A DNA stretch of 64,000 nt, taken from Neophaeotheca triangularis. Lineage: Eukaryota. The notes under the pieces were generated by a model, which was given only the letters and a program-made list of their open reading frames with translations, did not search any database and was not told where the DNA came from. Made by a program: the position numbers and the translations under genes. Numbering within the stretch: the first letter of the stretch is position 1; the number at the start of each line of letters is the position of its first letter. The stretch lies in the NCBI GenBank assembly GCA_054600435.1, contig BAAIJX010000001.1, positions 682,001 to 746,000 on the forward strand. Direction: 5' to 3'. This document shows, piece after piece, positions 1 through 11,700 of this stretch.

Positions 1-12
1 ATACAGTAAGTA

Positions 13-130
13 GGGAAATTCTAATCACTGTCCCACCTGTGATCGGATCTCCCTGCCGATCGGGCCGGGGATCCACCGACCCACTAAAATTGGGAGAGCT
101 TTGCGATGTCGGTCCCGCCAAGGTGGGCGC
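13..130 (+). repeat. Left TIR of MULE element
   Basis: Reverse complement aligns to 37993-38111 with about a dozen mismatches. Confidence 0.95.
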
Positions 131-222
131 CATTGAGTCGCGTCAGGTACGTATCGAGTCGCGCCCGCGACAACATATCACCATATCGCCATACTACTAT
201 ACTACTATACTACTATACCACT

Positions 223-1114
223 ATGTCGTAGGCTACTTACGAGGCTTATATCTTTAACCTAGACGCTCCCCTTAACACTAAGGACAGTCTACCTACGCCT
301 ATACCTACGCTAATAGACCTTACTACTACTTTAGACGATGAAATACCGCTAAATCTTGAAGTAATAGAGGGATTTAAGGACCTACTAGTACTACTACTAC
401 CCCTAGAGGCTACGTATACATCTTAGGAGGCCTATATTAAGGTAGCCTAGGTATAGTTAGTATAAGAAGGTTATGCCTTAGTCCTAGGCTACTAGTATAA
501 GTATAATAAGGAAAGAAAGTAGTACTAGAAGTAGCTCGTCTATATGCACTATAGTAAATATCGCGACTAAAAGGGCTTTAAAGACTACGAGTATAAGTAG
601 TAACGACTAGTACGAGGTTATAAGGCTCTTAATTGTCCTATAAGAGTCCAAATCAATATAGTAGATATTAATAACCCTAGCGGTCTATAGTAGCTTAAAC
701 ACTATGTCTTAGAGTATAACTATAGCCGCTCTAGAGCTCGTAGTTATACTCTTTATTGTCGAGAGGCTCGTCGCCCTTATAAGACTACAATCTACTAGTC
801 ATTAGCTACTAGTATTAGTCCTAACTAGATCTTATAATAGCTTAATGACTAGGGGTGTCTATAGATAGTAAAGGACATTTATAACGAAGGAACAAGAGCT
901 CGTACTACACTCCTTACTAGCTACCCTCCTACTATCCGTCTATTTATAGAGTTCGACCGTCTTAATATTTACTAGCGAAGAGACATTAATCTATCTACTA
1001 GGTAGATCAAGCGGCTTCTTATAGTTAATCTAAAGTCACTAGAGCACTTAAAGTAGTACCCTAATATACTACTCCTTAACTATACCTATAAGACTAATAA
1101 GTATAACTAGCCTT
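223..1114 (+). pseudogene. MULE transposase, N-terminal part (FAR1/WRKY-like domain to start of the DDE domain), RIP-mutated
   Basis: ATG at 223 is in frame with de-RIPed CPMRVQI..WQL...LEHNH and the MULE motif LLDCTYKTNKYNQP (1072-1113), where the Plavaka element interrupts it. Confidence 0.85.
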
Positions 1115-2134
1115 CGTCTAGAAAACCCTCTAGGCGCGTCTTACCGTATCCGCCGCTTCCTACCGCGTAACGCGGTAGACATAGTGGAGGGTTTTAATGC
1201 GACCCCCTATGTAGGCCTTCGCGTTATGTAGTACGCTTCGTGTAACGCGAGACATGTCAAAAAACATAGTTAGAATAACATTTCGCTACCCTTCATAATT
1301 TACATCACCTTAATACCTATACCTTATTAAAGCTATTACATGTCACATCTATTATCGCTAACCTATATACTACTAACACCTTACCCTCGTTCTACTATAC
1401 CCTAATAGCGTAGATACTTCTAGGAACTCTTCGAACTTATTAGTACCTAGTATTTTTCCCTTACTCCCCTTAATATGAGTCCGTGATTCCTTATGAACTA
1501 GTTACTGAACTAGAACCCGAATCAGTTCATAAGTTAGGTACTAGTTCATGAACTAGTTAAATTTCTGGTTCATAGGGTGTTCGACTTCGAAACTACCTAT
1601 ACGTTTTGTGGATTGGTCGTTATTAGGGTTATATAAGGCCTATACTGCTTATAGAGAGGCAATATATTGTTCCTAGGCGTTACTAAAATCAGATCCAAAT
1701 TATATAGTATAGTATTTACTCTTTAGACAATTCATCGTCTATATCTACTTAGTATACCCTTAGTTTCCTACCCTTCACTACATTACCTTTAGCCTAAGAG
1801 TTCTTAATCGACTATAGTAATTCCTTATTAAAAGTAGCTTCCTTCCTCTCGTTAGTTCCCTTCCTGTCCTTTACTACATAATGCTAAAGATATCCCCCTT
1901 CTTCTAGGTCTATAGCCTTATTCAATCGCATTTCTATCGACGTCTATATCCCTAGATCGCGCTTAGAGAAATCCTAATAACCTTAGAAAGTAGTTGTTCC
2001 TTTTATAGTAGAGTCTGTCTACTAAGTGTTCGCTATATACTACGAGCTAAAGTCTAGGCTTAGTAATTATCTAGGGTTAGGCACGAGGCTTGAATTAGGA
2101 ATTAGGTGATCTACCGTTTCCTAGTTCATGTTCT

Positions 2135-2430
2135 AGACCGGGCTGTCTACTTCCTAATCTAGGACATAGTTCGTGTTTCGGTTTGAGTTAGATACTATGT
2201 ACTAGTCCTATAAATCGACCTCCTAGTTTGTGTCCTAGATTAGGCTGTCTAATTCACGATCTAGGACCTAGTTCATGTCTCGGTTCAAGTTAGACACTAT
2301 ATACTAGTCCTATAATGCGACCTCCTAGTTTATATCCCGGATCAGGCTATCTAATTCCTAATCTAGGACCTAGTTCATGTCTCGGTTCGAGTTAGACATT
2401 ATGTGCTAGTCTAGTGATTCGACCTCCTAG
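2135..2430 (-). repeat. Three tandem 102-bp (34-codon) repeats
   Basis: GACCTCCTAG recurs at 2217, 2319 and 2421. Confidence 0.9.
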
Positions 2431-4956
2431 TCTAGGACACGAACCGGGAGATCTAGGAGGCTTAACTAATATGTAGTAGCAATGTTAGGAAGCATTCGTC
2501 CCCTTAGGGTTATAGCTCTATCTACTTAATTAGCGATTTATCTTACTATTAGGCTATATATAGGAACTTATGGGTAAGTGTAGCTACATTACTTTATCGC
2601 GAGCCTATCTTATATAGTAGTATTAAGCTCACTATGTTGTTAGGCATGTCTTCTTCATTAGTAGATTCAAGCCCTTCTAGACTCTCGTTAAACATCGCTT
2701 ACATTATCTCGAGGCTAAGGTCGTAGCCTACTAGTTCCTATACTACTATGTCGTATAAGGATATACTCATAATCTCGAGTATTCTCCCCTATCATTCTAC
2801 GCTCTACGCTATCTATAGCTTCATCTTCCCCTTAAATATTTAAGTAACCTTAAATGCATTTAGTCTTATTGCTTTTAGGTTCCCTAGCTATATGTTTTTA
2901 ATAGCTAATAGAATGTAGTGAATAGTAGTCATAGTGCTAATAAGTAAGAAAGCACTTATGTTAGTAAATAAGTGCTTCATGTATAGCTATATCCCTATCA
3001 CGTTATGCCTAAAGAGCGATATCTGAAGACTATCTAGTACTATTTTCCTTAAGTAACATTTTACCTACCCTAAAGGGTGTTATTAGACCTAAGACAGATT
3101 AAGTAGTACCTTAGGTATATATACTTATAGGCACGTCGTTCTTACATTCGAAGATGTTGTTATGTAGATGCTCTATTACCTATTCATAGGCATCTTTAGT
3201 AGAGATGTGTTTCCTAATAATGTTCGTCAAATCCTCTTGAATTCTTCGCATAATGTTATTATAGTGGTGTCGAACGGACTCCCTTATCTAGTTCTATTAG
3301 CAATATGCTATGAATAAGGGTAGATAAGCTAACCTTCTATAGCTTAGCTATAACTAGTTAATAGAGTATAGTTTCTCTCTCTTTAGGGGAGAGTTCTTAT
3401 TAGATATCGGACTAAGTAATGTTAGCCTAAGCATATACCTATCTATCCTATGATTCGGTCAGGAACATAGTGTTACATAAGGCTGCTCCTACTACTACTC
3501 TAGCGTTCAAAAGCTGCTTCGTTTGCTTATACATCGTCCGTTATCCTATTAGTTCAACCTAATTAGCATTATGCTTCCCTATCCTAGGCGATGTATTATC
3601 GTAGTGTCGGTTCCTATCACTTAATTGTCTACTAGAGTCCTTTTATAGCAATTAACCCTTTTGTCTTTTCGAAGGTAGAGGGGTATTAGAACTATAGTTG
3701 TTAAAGTAGTATACTAAGCTATAGTATAAGGTAATAGACTTACTCGTCTCTCTTATCCCTTCCCTTCTTCTATATACTATGCGATCCTTTACCCTTATAT
3801 ATAGCATCTTACTCATATTCGCTATTACTATTAGACTCGTTATAGGGTAGGGTAGACCTTCTTTAAGGCATAGTCGATTTACTATAGGTATCTACATACG
3901 CTTCTATCTTGATGTCGTTCTATTAATATAGGACACTAGTAGTCATTAGTTTTTAGGTGTGTTCCTATGAGTTCGATTTCAAAAAGGAGCGTAGCTACCT
4001 ATTAATTAAAGTTTACTAGTCTCCCCTCCCTACTCTAGTAGACATACTACTAACTCTCTTAGTAGCTATGTTTAGGAGTATATAGATTAGGTTAGTCATA
4101 AGTTTGTTTTATCGAGACCTGTATCTTACTACAGAATATATATGCTAATGAACGCTATTAGTCGATTACCCTTCATCATACATTCGTTATCTATAAAGTA
4201 CTAGGATTATATGAAATATATTAGTTAATTTCTCTTCTTTTTACGATCTGATAATACCTTACGCTTTATCTAACCTTTCGCCTTATACTCTCTTTCATGC
4301 CTTTATTAAACACCTACACTTTACATATAGTATTCCGAGAAACCCGAGCTTTAATATATCCTAATAGTAATAGCATTTATTATGTCTAAAGTACCTAGGG
4401 CTAGACCTAATTCATAGTAATCGCTAGCGAGCGATCGCTAGGGGGTAGTACACTTACCTAAGGAGGTTCTAGAGTCTTTACTAGTTCATTTCAATAATAG
4501 GTCCTCTATAGAGTCTCTACCCCCTTCGTCGCCTCTAATATAACCATAACGATCTTCAATTCTACCCTTATCACTACTACTACTACGATTACTACTACCG
4601 CGATCACTACTACTACGACTACTACCCTAGCCTCTACATCGTCTAGAGTAACTAGAACGATCTACATTTCGCCCTACTCTCGACATAGGCCCTACCCTTC
4701 CTAGTTTAGATAGCTTCGTTATTATCAAATAACCTAAGGACTAACTATCTACATATAAACTTTAAGGGTTAAGGATATAGTTAGCGACATTAGAGACAAT
4801 AGCTAACTAACATTATAGAGAAGTCGAAGACATATGTCGCGACATCTACTAGCTTCGCATATGTATAATTAGGGGTATAATGGGTAGATAGCTGTAATAC
4901 TACCTAATAACATAGTTCAAGGTATAGTTTCATTTCCGGCCTTATATCCCCTCTTT

Positions 4957-5120
4957 ATCGACGAGATAAGGGAGCTTTACAAACTAGGGACCGAACCGGT
5001 AACTAGTTCAGGTAATAGTATCATAGATTAGGCTTTCGTCGACGAGATAAGGGAGCTCTATGAACTAGTAACCGAACTAGTAACTAGTTCAGGTAATAAT
5101 ATCCTAGATTAGGCTTTCAT
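4957..5120. repeat. Two tandem 81-bp repeats
   Basis: CGACGAGATAAGGGAGCT at 4959 and 5040. Confidence 0.9.
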
Positions 5121-5549
5121 TAACTCCTACTAGCCTATAGGAATGTCCGTGTTATGATAGTAGTATCTATAGGATATAGTTAGAGTATAGGTAGCGAGTT
5201 CGGGAATGTCGTAATTACTACGAAGAGTATATAAGAAGGCTAACCTCTAAGCCTCCTATCCGCCTTTAAATGGTTTCTATATCAAAGGACTATTACTATT
5301 ATAACCCCCATTATACATTAACCTCGTCACGCCATGAAGTACTAGGTGTTATAGTCTTAGTCTTATAGTCGTCACTATTATTACTAATCCTTCTATTACC
5401 ACTAGAATAGATATAACTAGTATTGGTTTTACGATAGTGGTTATAAATGTCCCTAGACTTCCCTTAAATATACTACCTAGACACCTATCTACATAGCATA
5501 TCGGCTTACACTAAAGCGTATGTAGCGGTAGTAATAAGACCCCCCTCCT

Positions 5550-6539
5550 CCCCCCTTAACTAGGAACTAAACTAGGAACTGAACTAGGAACCGAACTAGG
5601 ACATAGTTCGCATGGAATCGTCATAGCCCGGGCGTTTGTCGCTATAGTAGGGCTCGATTCGGTATAGTATCTAGTATCATTCTAGGGTCATATAGAGGGC
5701 GTAGGTTCGAAGTAACTTCGGTTCTATAGTATAGCTTAGATACCTCTCGAAAATCATGGCTATTGTCATCTAATACTAAACATTATAGGTAATGTATTAC
5801 GTAGTATATATGCTATCATGGCCCTCTATTAGTAGTAGTTATTAATAGTAGACACCTTTAACGGGTCTTTTGAAACTTCGTCCTACTAAACCAATATATC
5901 CATATTCCTATCGAAGTTATAGTCATCTTAAAGGATTATTAAGAAGCATTCGAAATTGAGATTGTTAACATCCTATACTATACTAAGTATAGGCCTATCG
6001 TCTATTATCTCATAAAGTCTACAAAGTGCCTTATATTCCCTATCCTTACATGTAAGGGTAATTATTCGCTATAGGAACTCATTAACTATAGGGCTCGGCT
6101 ATAGCGTATCTCTTATAGGTAATTACGTCGCTAGAGTTCCGACCCTAGTAGTATTAGAACTATCACTAGTCATTATAGCCTTTACCATTTTCGAATCCTA
6201 TTAGTTACTACCCTAATGTCGAACTCGCTACTAGTAGTTAGAGCATATCCTATATATAAGTTTGTAGAATGCCGTCTTGCCTTCGCTCGTATAAAGCCTA
6301 GCTACTAGTCATAGAAACTAGGCCGCTATTACCTATATATTTAAAACTAATACTATTAACTCTACCCTTATCGTCTACCTCTATACGATAGAGCGAAAAG
6401 TATAGCTAATCTAACCTTACTATGTCATAGTGTCTTCTAGCCTCACATAAAACCCCTTATATACCGTTTTAGTAAGATCTAAGCCCCTCTAAATGTCATT
6501 TATTAAGCCTAATACTAGTAATAGGGTAGGGATGTTCAT
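5550..6539 (-). pseudogene. Accessory gene X of the Plavaka element, unknown function (boundaries approximate)
   Basis: ATG at 6539 (MNIPAL...). De-RIPed globular-looking stretch NLNFECFLTILQDDCNFDRNMDILVW...W.AMIA at ~5780-5980. Confidence 0.4.
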
Positions 6540-7375
6540 GTTAGTTCGAGTCGGCTTGTTATATGTTTAGTGTTAGGGTTTTTGAGTCAGTTTCATATTG
6601 GGTTTACTTAGTATAGAGGATGTAGGTAGTAGTGTTATTAGTATAATAGTTAGAGCTCTTTTGAAGAGGTAGTCGAGAACTAGTATAGTGTCTAATGTAT
6701 ATAAGTTATGTAGGTAGAAAACTGAAGTACTAGTATATATAGTCATATATCATTAGTACCTATACTATTAGGCTTACTAGTAATCACTAGTAGTACATGA
6801 TCCTTGGCGCGAATTCAACATCACCTCTTCTAAGACGAGACGACAGGATTTCCTGTAGAATTACTAGCTAGTATATGCCATGATACACAACTTTAATACC
6901 TACTGTCATACTATAGCCATTTTCGAGAAAATGTTTATATATAGGATTGACTATCGTCATTTTATCATATCTAACTGTCTAGCGAGGAATATACGAAAGT
7001 TCGTACTACTACTATTACCCTATCTTCTAGATTATTATCGCTATCTTTTAACAATAACCCTATACTGCCTAGATACCTACTAGATTTAAGATATAGTGGT
7101 CACTGAACTAGTCACTAAATCGGTTCCTAAACCGGTATCTAAACTAGGGAATATATTAACTAATCTAGTCATTTGAGAGGTATAGCGTTCACTACCTTTA
7201 TTAATGCCGACTTTACTAATAATCATTCGAAATATCATAGGTACCTATCCTTATACTCGCCGACCTTACCTAGATAAGAGAAGGAGATAAGCGGATACTA
7301 GATGCGACTAACGCTATCTTTAACTAAATTCAAGAAGTATGAAGATAGGGAGCCTTCGCGATCGAGGTAGTTTCC

Positions 7376-7638
7376 ACTAGTAGTTAAAGGGGTAGTAGTA
7401 CTAGTAGTAGCTACTACTACATTAAGGTAATAAGCTTAGTAGGCTTAGCCTCTAACCCCTTTACGAGATCATCGCGTTCCTTAGTAGTAGTATAGTAGGG
7501 GTAGGGCCTAGTAGTAGTCGAAGGGGTAGTAGTACTAGTAGTAGCTACTACTACATTAAGGCGATAAGCTTAGTAGGCTTAGCCTCTAACCCCTTTACGA
7601 GATCATCGCGTTCCTTAGTAGTAGTATAGTAGGGGTAG
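7376..7638. repeat. Tandem duplication, period 134 bp, abutting retroelement A
   Basis: AAGGGGTAGTAGTACTAG at 7387 and 7521; GAGATC at 7465 and 7599. Confidence 0.9.
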
Positions 7639-8057
7639 TGTTACGATCCTATAAGGTAGTCTTATAGGTAGAGCTTATAGTAGAAGAGGAGAGATATCGA
7701 AGAAGGCTAGTAAGGGTGTTTCCTTTATTATAAGGATTTCAAAGATACATGAAGTGTCATTATAGACCTTTTAGTAAGATTGTAACATAAGTTGAACACA
7801 AATCTCTATCTAGGAAATATCGCTAGCTATATATATAGGAGATTTGTGTTAGATTAGTCCTTAACTAATCTATCGTGCTTAGGATTAGACTGATCCTAAG
7901 TGTCCTAGCTTAGACTTAGTCTAAGTCTAAGCGAGTATACTTAGTTAAAGTCTAAGTAAACATCTTAGCTAGTTCTAAGATTATATGTCTAGTAAGCTTT
8001 AGGGTTAGACCCTAGCTTAGACTAGGGATTCTAGTTCTACTTAGCTTAGCTATAATA
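7639..8057 (-). repeat. 3' LTR of copy A
   Basis: TGTTACGATCC...TATAATA, direct repeat of 14362-14780. Confidence 0.95.
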
Positions 8058-8141
8058 CTATCCCCCTTTCAGCCTAGCTTTGTCCTCGAAGCCTAATAAA
8101 GTTCTGTCATTCCCCACATCGTTTTGTTATTAAGTTTCGCG

Positions 8142-8741
8142 ATGTCTTCTACCCTATCCTATAAATAGTAACATCTTAATCTTTTAGCTAAAATCAAGAA
8201 GTCTAGAATAACCTACATAGTACTCTATTTAGCCTACTAATCTACGAGGAAATCGCCTTTAGCTAAACTAGTACGATGTGTAATTAGTACTCGATCTAGT
8301 TAGTGTTCGGAATGTATATGTAAAGGGTATACTAAGTGTAACATAAAGCTTAGTCATCCTAAGTGGGAAAAATAGAGAGATTCATGTAACAAACTATAAT
8401 AGTAGTTAGAGGAGTATAAGGAGGAGGAGCTTGAGCTTTTACAAAAACTATATGAGCATCGTTCGAAAAAGTTATAGTTATGGAAATAGCTTCGTTATAC
8501 TAAGGGTTATATAGAAACCGTAGTGTCTAGAGAGTTAGAGGATTTAGAGTAAGTAGATTAGTTAGAGGAAGATCTCTTAGGTCTAGTTAACACTAGGGTT
8601 AAGGTTATATAGTATCTAAGCTTTATTAGTATTCTAGACATGTCGACATAGGACTAGAGTGCTATCGACAGCTTAGATCTTCCTTCTAAGCTTTAGGATT
8701 TCAGTCTAGATAATATTGTTATAGGGCCTTCTAGTAGTTAA
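8142..8741 (+). pseudogene. Antisense accessory ORF of copy A: Cys6 zinc-binding motif plus coiled coil (~200 aa)
   Basis: ATG at 8142. De-RIPed C-x2-C-x13-C-x8-C-x2-C-x7-C (RCVI..CSEC...KC; four Cys codons still intact), then the E/L/R/K-rich helix EEELELLQKL...LRKQL. Confidence 0.7.
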
Positions 8742-11700
8742 GTAAGTTATCCTTAGGTTCCTAAGTGTTTTCGCTTATATAGTAACCTTTCCATTTCACG
8801 AGGTAGTTCTAACCATCCTTATCTAGAATCTTTTCGACCTCATACTCGGCTTCTTCCTCTAGTAGATTATGGTGAAAGGTATCCTAGATTAGTGTTTTAG
8901 GGTCTACTAGTTTAAGTAAGGATATATAGAAGACTAGGTAGATTCTAGTATCTTTTAGGAGTTAGAGGAGGTAGTTAACTTTTCCTCTTTATTCTTTAAC
9001 TAGAAACGGTCTGACTTTAATATAGTCTAGTTTTCATGTTCGTCTCCTTATCTTCAGGTTTTTCATAAGTAGGTATACCTTATCCCCCTTCTTAAGCTAA
9101 GGTACTGTTTTGGAGTCCTTATGTCTTTATAACTCGAGTTACTACTATAATTATGTGATTTTGTCTTTCGCCTATTTATGTGCTTCCTATAGCTATGAAG
9201 ACGTTTATAGGGCTCTTTCTACGAGTAGTCCTAGCTTTAGTTCTATAAAAATATTTAGATCTTTTCTAAAGTTTACATAGAATAGAGTTATGCCTGTCGT
9301 TTCTAAGGTATTATTGTTAAGTACGAGCTATACTATAAGTAAGAGTGCTACCTAATTATCCTGAGCATAATTAATGTAATGTCGTAAGTATGTTTCGAAG
9401 GATTAGTTCGAGCGTTCTGTCTATCTATCGGTTTCTAGGTGAAATGCCATTAATAGTTTGTGTTTCACTCTAATTACTAAAATCAAGGTCTTCTAGTAAT
9501 TAGATATGAAGAGCTTGTCTCTATCTATAATTAGAACTATTAGAATACTATAGTATTGTACTAATCTGTTAAGGATAAGGTATCTAAGTTCCTCTATAGT
9601 AATTATCTTACTATAGGGAACGAAATGTGAATACTTCATGAGTCTATCGACTATAATTAAGATCGAATCATAGTCCTTACCTGTCGATAGGTCTCTAGAT
9701 CTTAGTAGCTTAACGATGAAATCCATTATAACCTCGTTCTATAGTAGGTCTAGTAGTTCCTAGAATTGTAGGTTTCTATATTTAGCATATCTCGAAGCTT
9801 TATTTTGTTAGTAGCTTATACATTTCTTAATGTACTCTAAGACCTTCTGTCTTATCCTAGGGAACATAAAGTTACGTCTAATGTGTTCCATTATTCTAGC
9901 GATTCCTAGATGTCTATTAGTAGGTCTATTATAGTAGTCCTAGATATACTAGCATTCTTTTTCGTTTAGAACCCTAAATTTCCTATATTCGATAGGGAAT
10001 TCCTTAGTGTTATCCTATAGTACTCATAGTACTAAGTTAAATTCCTAAGGGTTAGTACTTAGGCTACTATCCTTATTAACTTTTAGTATATAGTGTTACT
10101 ATAGAAGGTGTCCTTCTATGTAGTCGCTTCTTCTACTTAGCGTATTAGCGCGCCTATTATCCTTTCTAGGAGTGTAGACTATATCGAACTTATATTGTCC
10201 GAGTAGCTCTAACTATCTACATTATTAGCATAATAGTTCCTTAGTAGTTATGAAATATTATAGGTTCTTATGATCTAAGTAAATAGTTAGTCTAGTTACT
10301 CCTTTATAGTATACTCTCTAGTATTGTAATGCTATAATAATTACGAGTAGTTCTTTGTCATAGATTTCGTAGTTCTATTCTACTAGTGACATCTTCCTTA
10401 AGAAGTAAGCGATAAGGTGTCATTTGCTTTTAACCTCCTACATGAGGTAAGCTCCTATTACTCTATTAGAGGCATCTGTTTCGATTTAGATAGGTTTCTT
10501 AGGATTAAACATCCTTAGTATAGGGGTAGTCGTACATAACTCCTTAAGCTTATTGAAGGATTATTATTAAATCTTTCCCTATATAAATAGTGTGTCTTTC
10601 TTTATAAGGTTAGTTAGAGATATAGTAAGCCTTAAATAATCCTACATAAATTTCCAATTATAGTTAGCTAATCTAAGGAATGCTTAAATGTCCTTAACTA
10701 ACTTAGGTATTAGCTATTCCTCGATTAATTGAGTTTTCTTTAGGTCTATTCAGATCCTAGTAGTACTAATCATAAAGCCTAGAAAGTCGACTTCCTTCTT
10801 ATAGAACTCGTATTTCTCTAGTACTATTCTAAAGTCTACCTTATCGAGTCGTTCGAATACTACATGTACGTCCTTAGTATACTATTCTCATAATCCTTTT
10901 ATGAAGACTAATATGTCATTAATATAGGTAATAATAGTGATGTTAAGTAGGTCTCGTAGGATGTCGTTAATGAGTTACTAATAGGTTACTAGGGCATTCG
11001 TGAGTCCTATAGGTATAACCTAGAATTCGTAAAGTCTGTAGCGTATTCGAAAAGCTGTTTTCTACTCTTCCCCCCTTACTATTCTAACTAAATAGAATGT
11101 ATCTTAGAGATCAATTTTAGTAAACTAGTATGAACTAGTGAGTCGATCTCTTATCTCGTTAATATTAGGTAGTAGATAATGGTTTTTTGTAGTAATTGTA
11201 TTAAGTCATCTAAAATCGATAACTATTCATAGTTTTCCTCCTTTCTTTAGAACAAAAAATAGTAGTAAAGTAGCTAATAAAGTAGAGGGTTAAATCTATC
11301 CTTTCTTTATTTTTTCATCTAGCTATCGTCATTACTCTTCGAGCTCTTTTTCGGATAGCATATAAAGTGGCCCCTATAGTATTTTCGTACTAGGCTAAAT
11401 GTCGATTTAGTAGTCCTATAGTTAATATCTAGGTAGAGTAGCTACTCCTTCCTCTTCCTAGAAAAGGTGCTTCTATTTCCTAAATTCTCTAGGGATATCT
11501 AAAGGTATATAACTTCCTTCCTTAACTCTCATTTATTAGTCTATTTAGGCTAGTTCGGTACCTATAGAGTCCGATCTAATTTGTATTAGTATTATAGTCA
11601 ATTAGCGATATGTTTCATTAATCTACCTTCTCTTATCTACCGTCGATCGCTACTAGCATGTAGGGTAGGTTGTAGTAATGTAACTATATCTATCGAATAT

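Larger units (their letters stand above)
1716..5155 (-). pseudogene. Accessory gene Y of the Plavaka element: long spliced ORF with Gly/Arg-rich tract, internal repeats and a possible DUF6532-like domain (5' end approximate)
   Basis: Minus-strand codon structure ending DDELSEE-stop at 1716. 102-bp x3 and 81-bp x2 repeats of codon-multiple length. De-RIPed RGGGD repeats (4561-4640). GTAAGT donor-like sites near 4455 and 3740. Segment FLLVSTMTAIHCVL..WTAW near 2750-2960. Confidence 0.5.

Noticed and set aside
9493..9726. Short ORFs MDFIVKL/MDFIIKL (also 28403-28636) as functional genes
   Set aside because: They are fragments of RIP-destroyed integrase, flanked by many in-frame stops.
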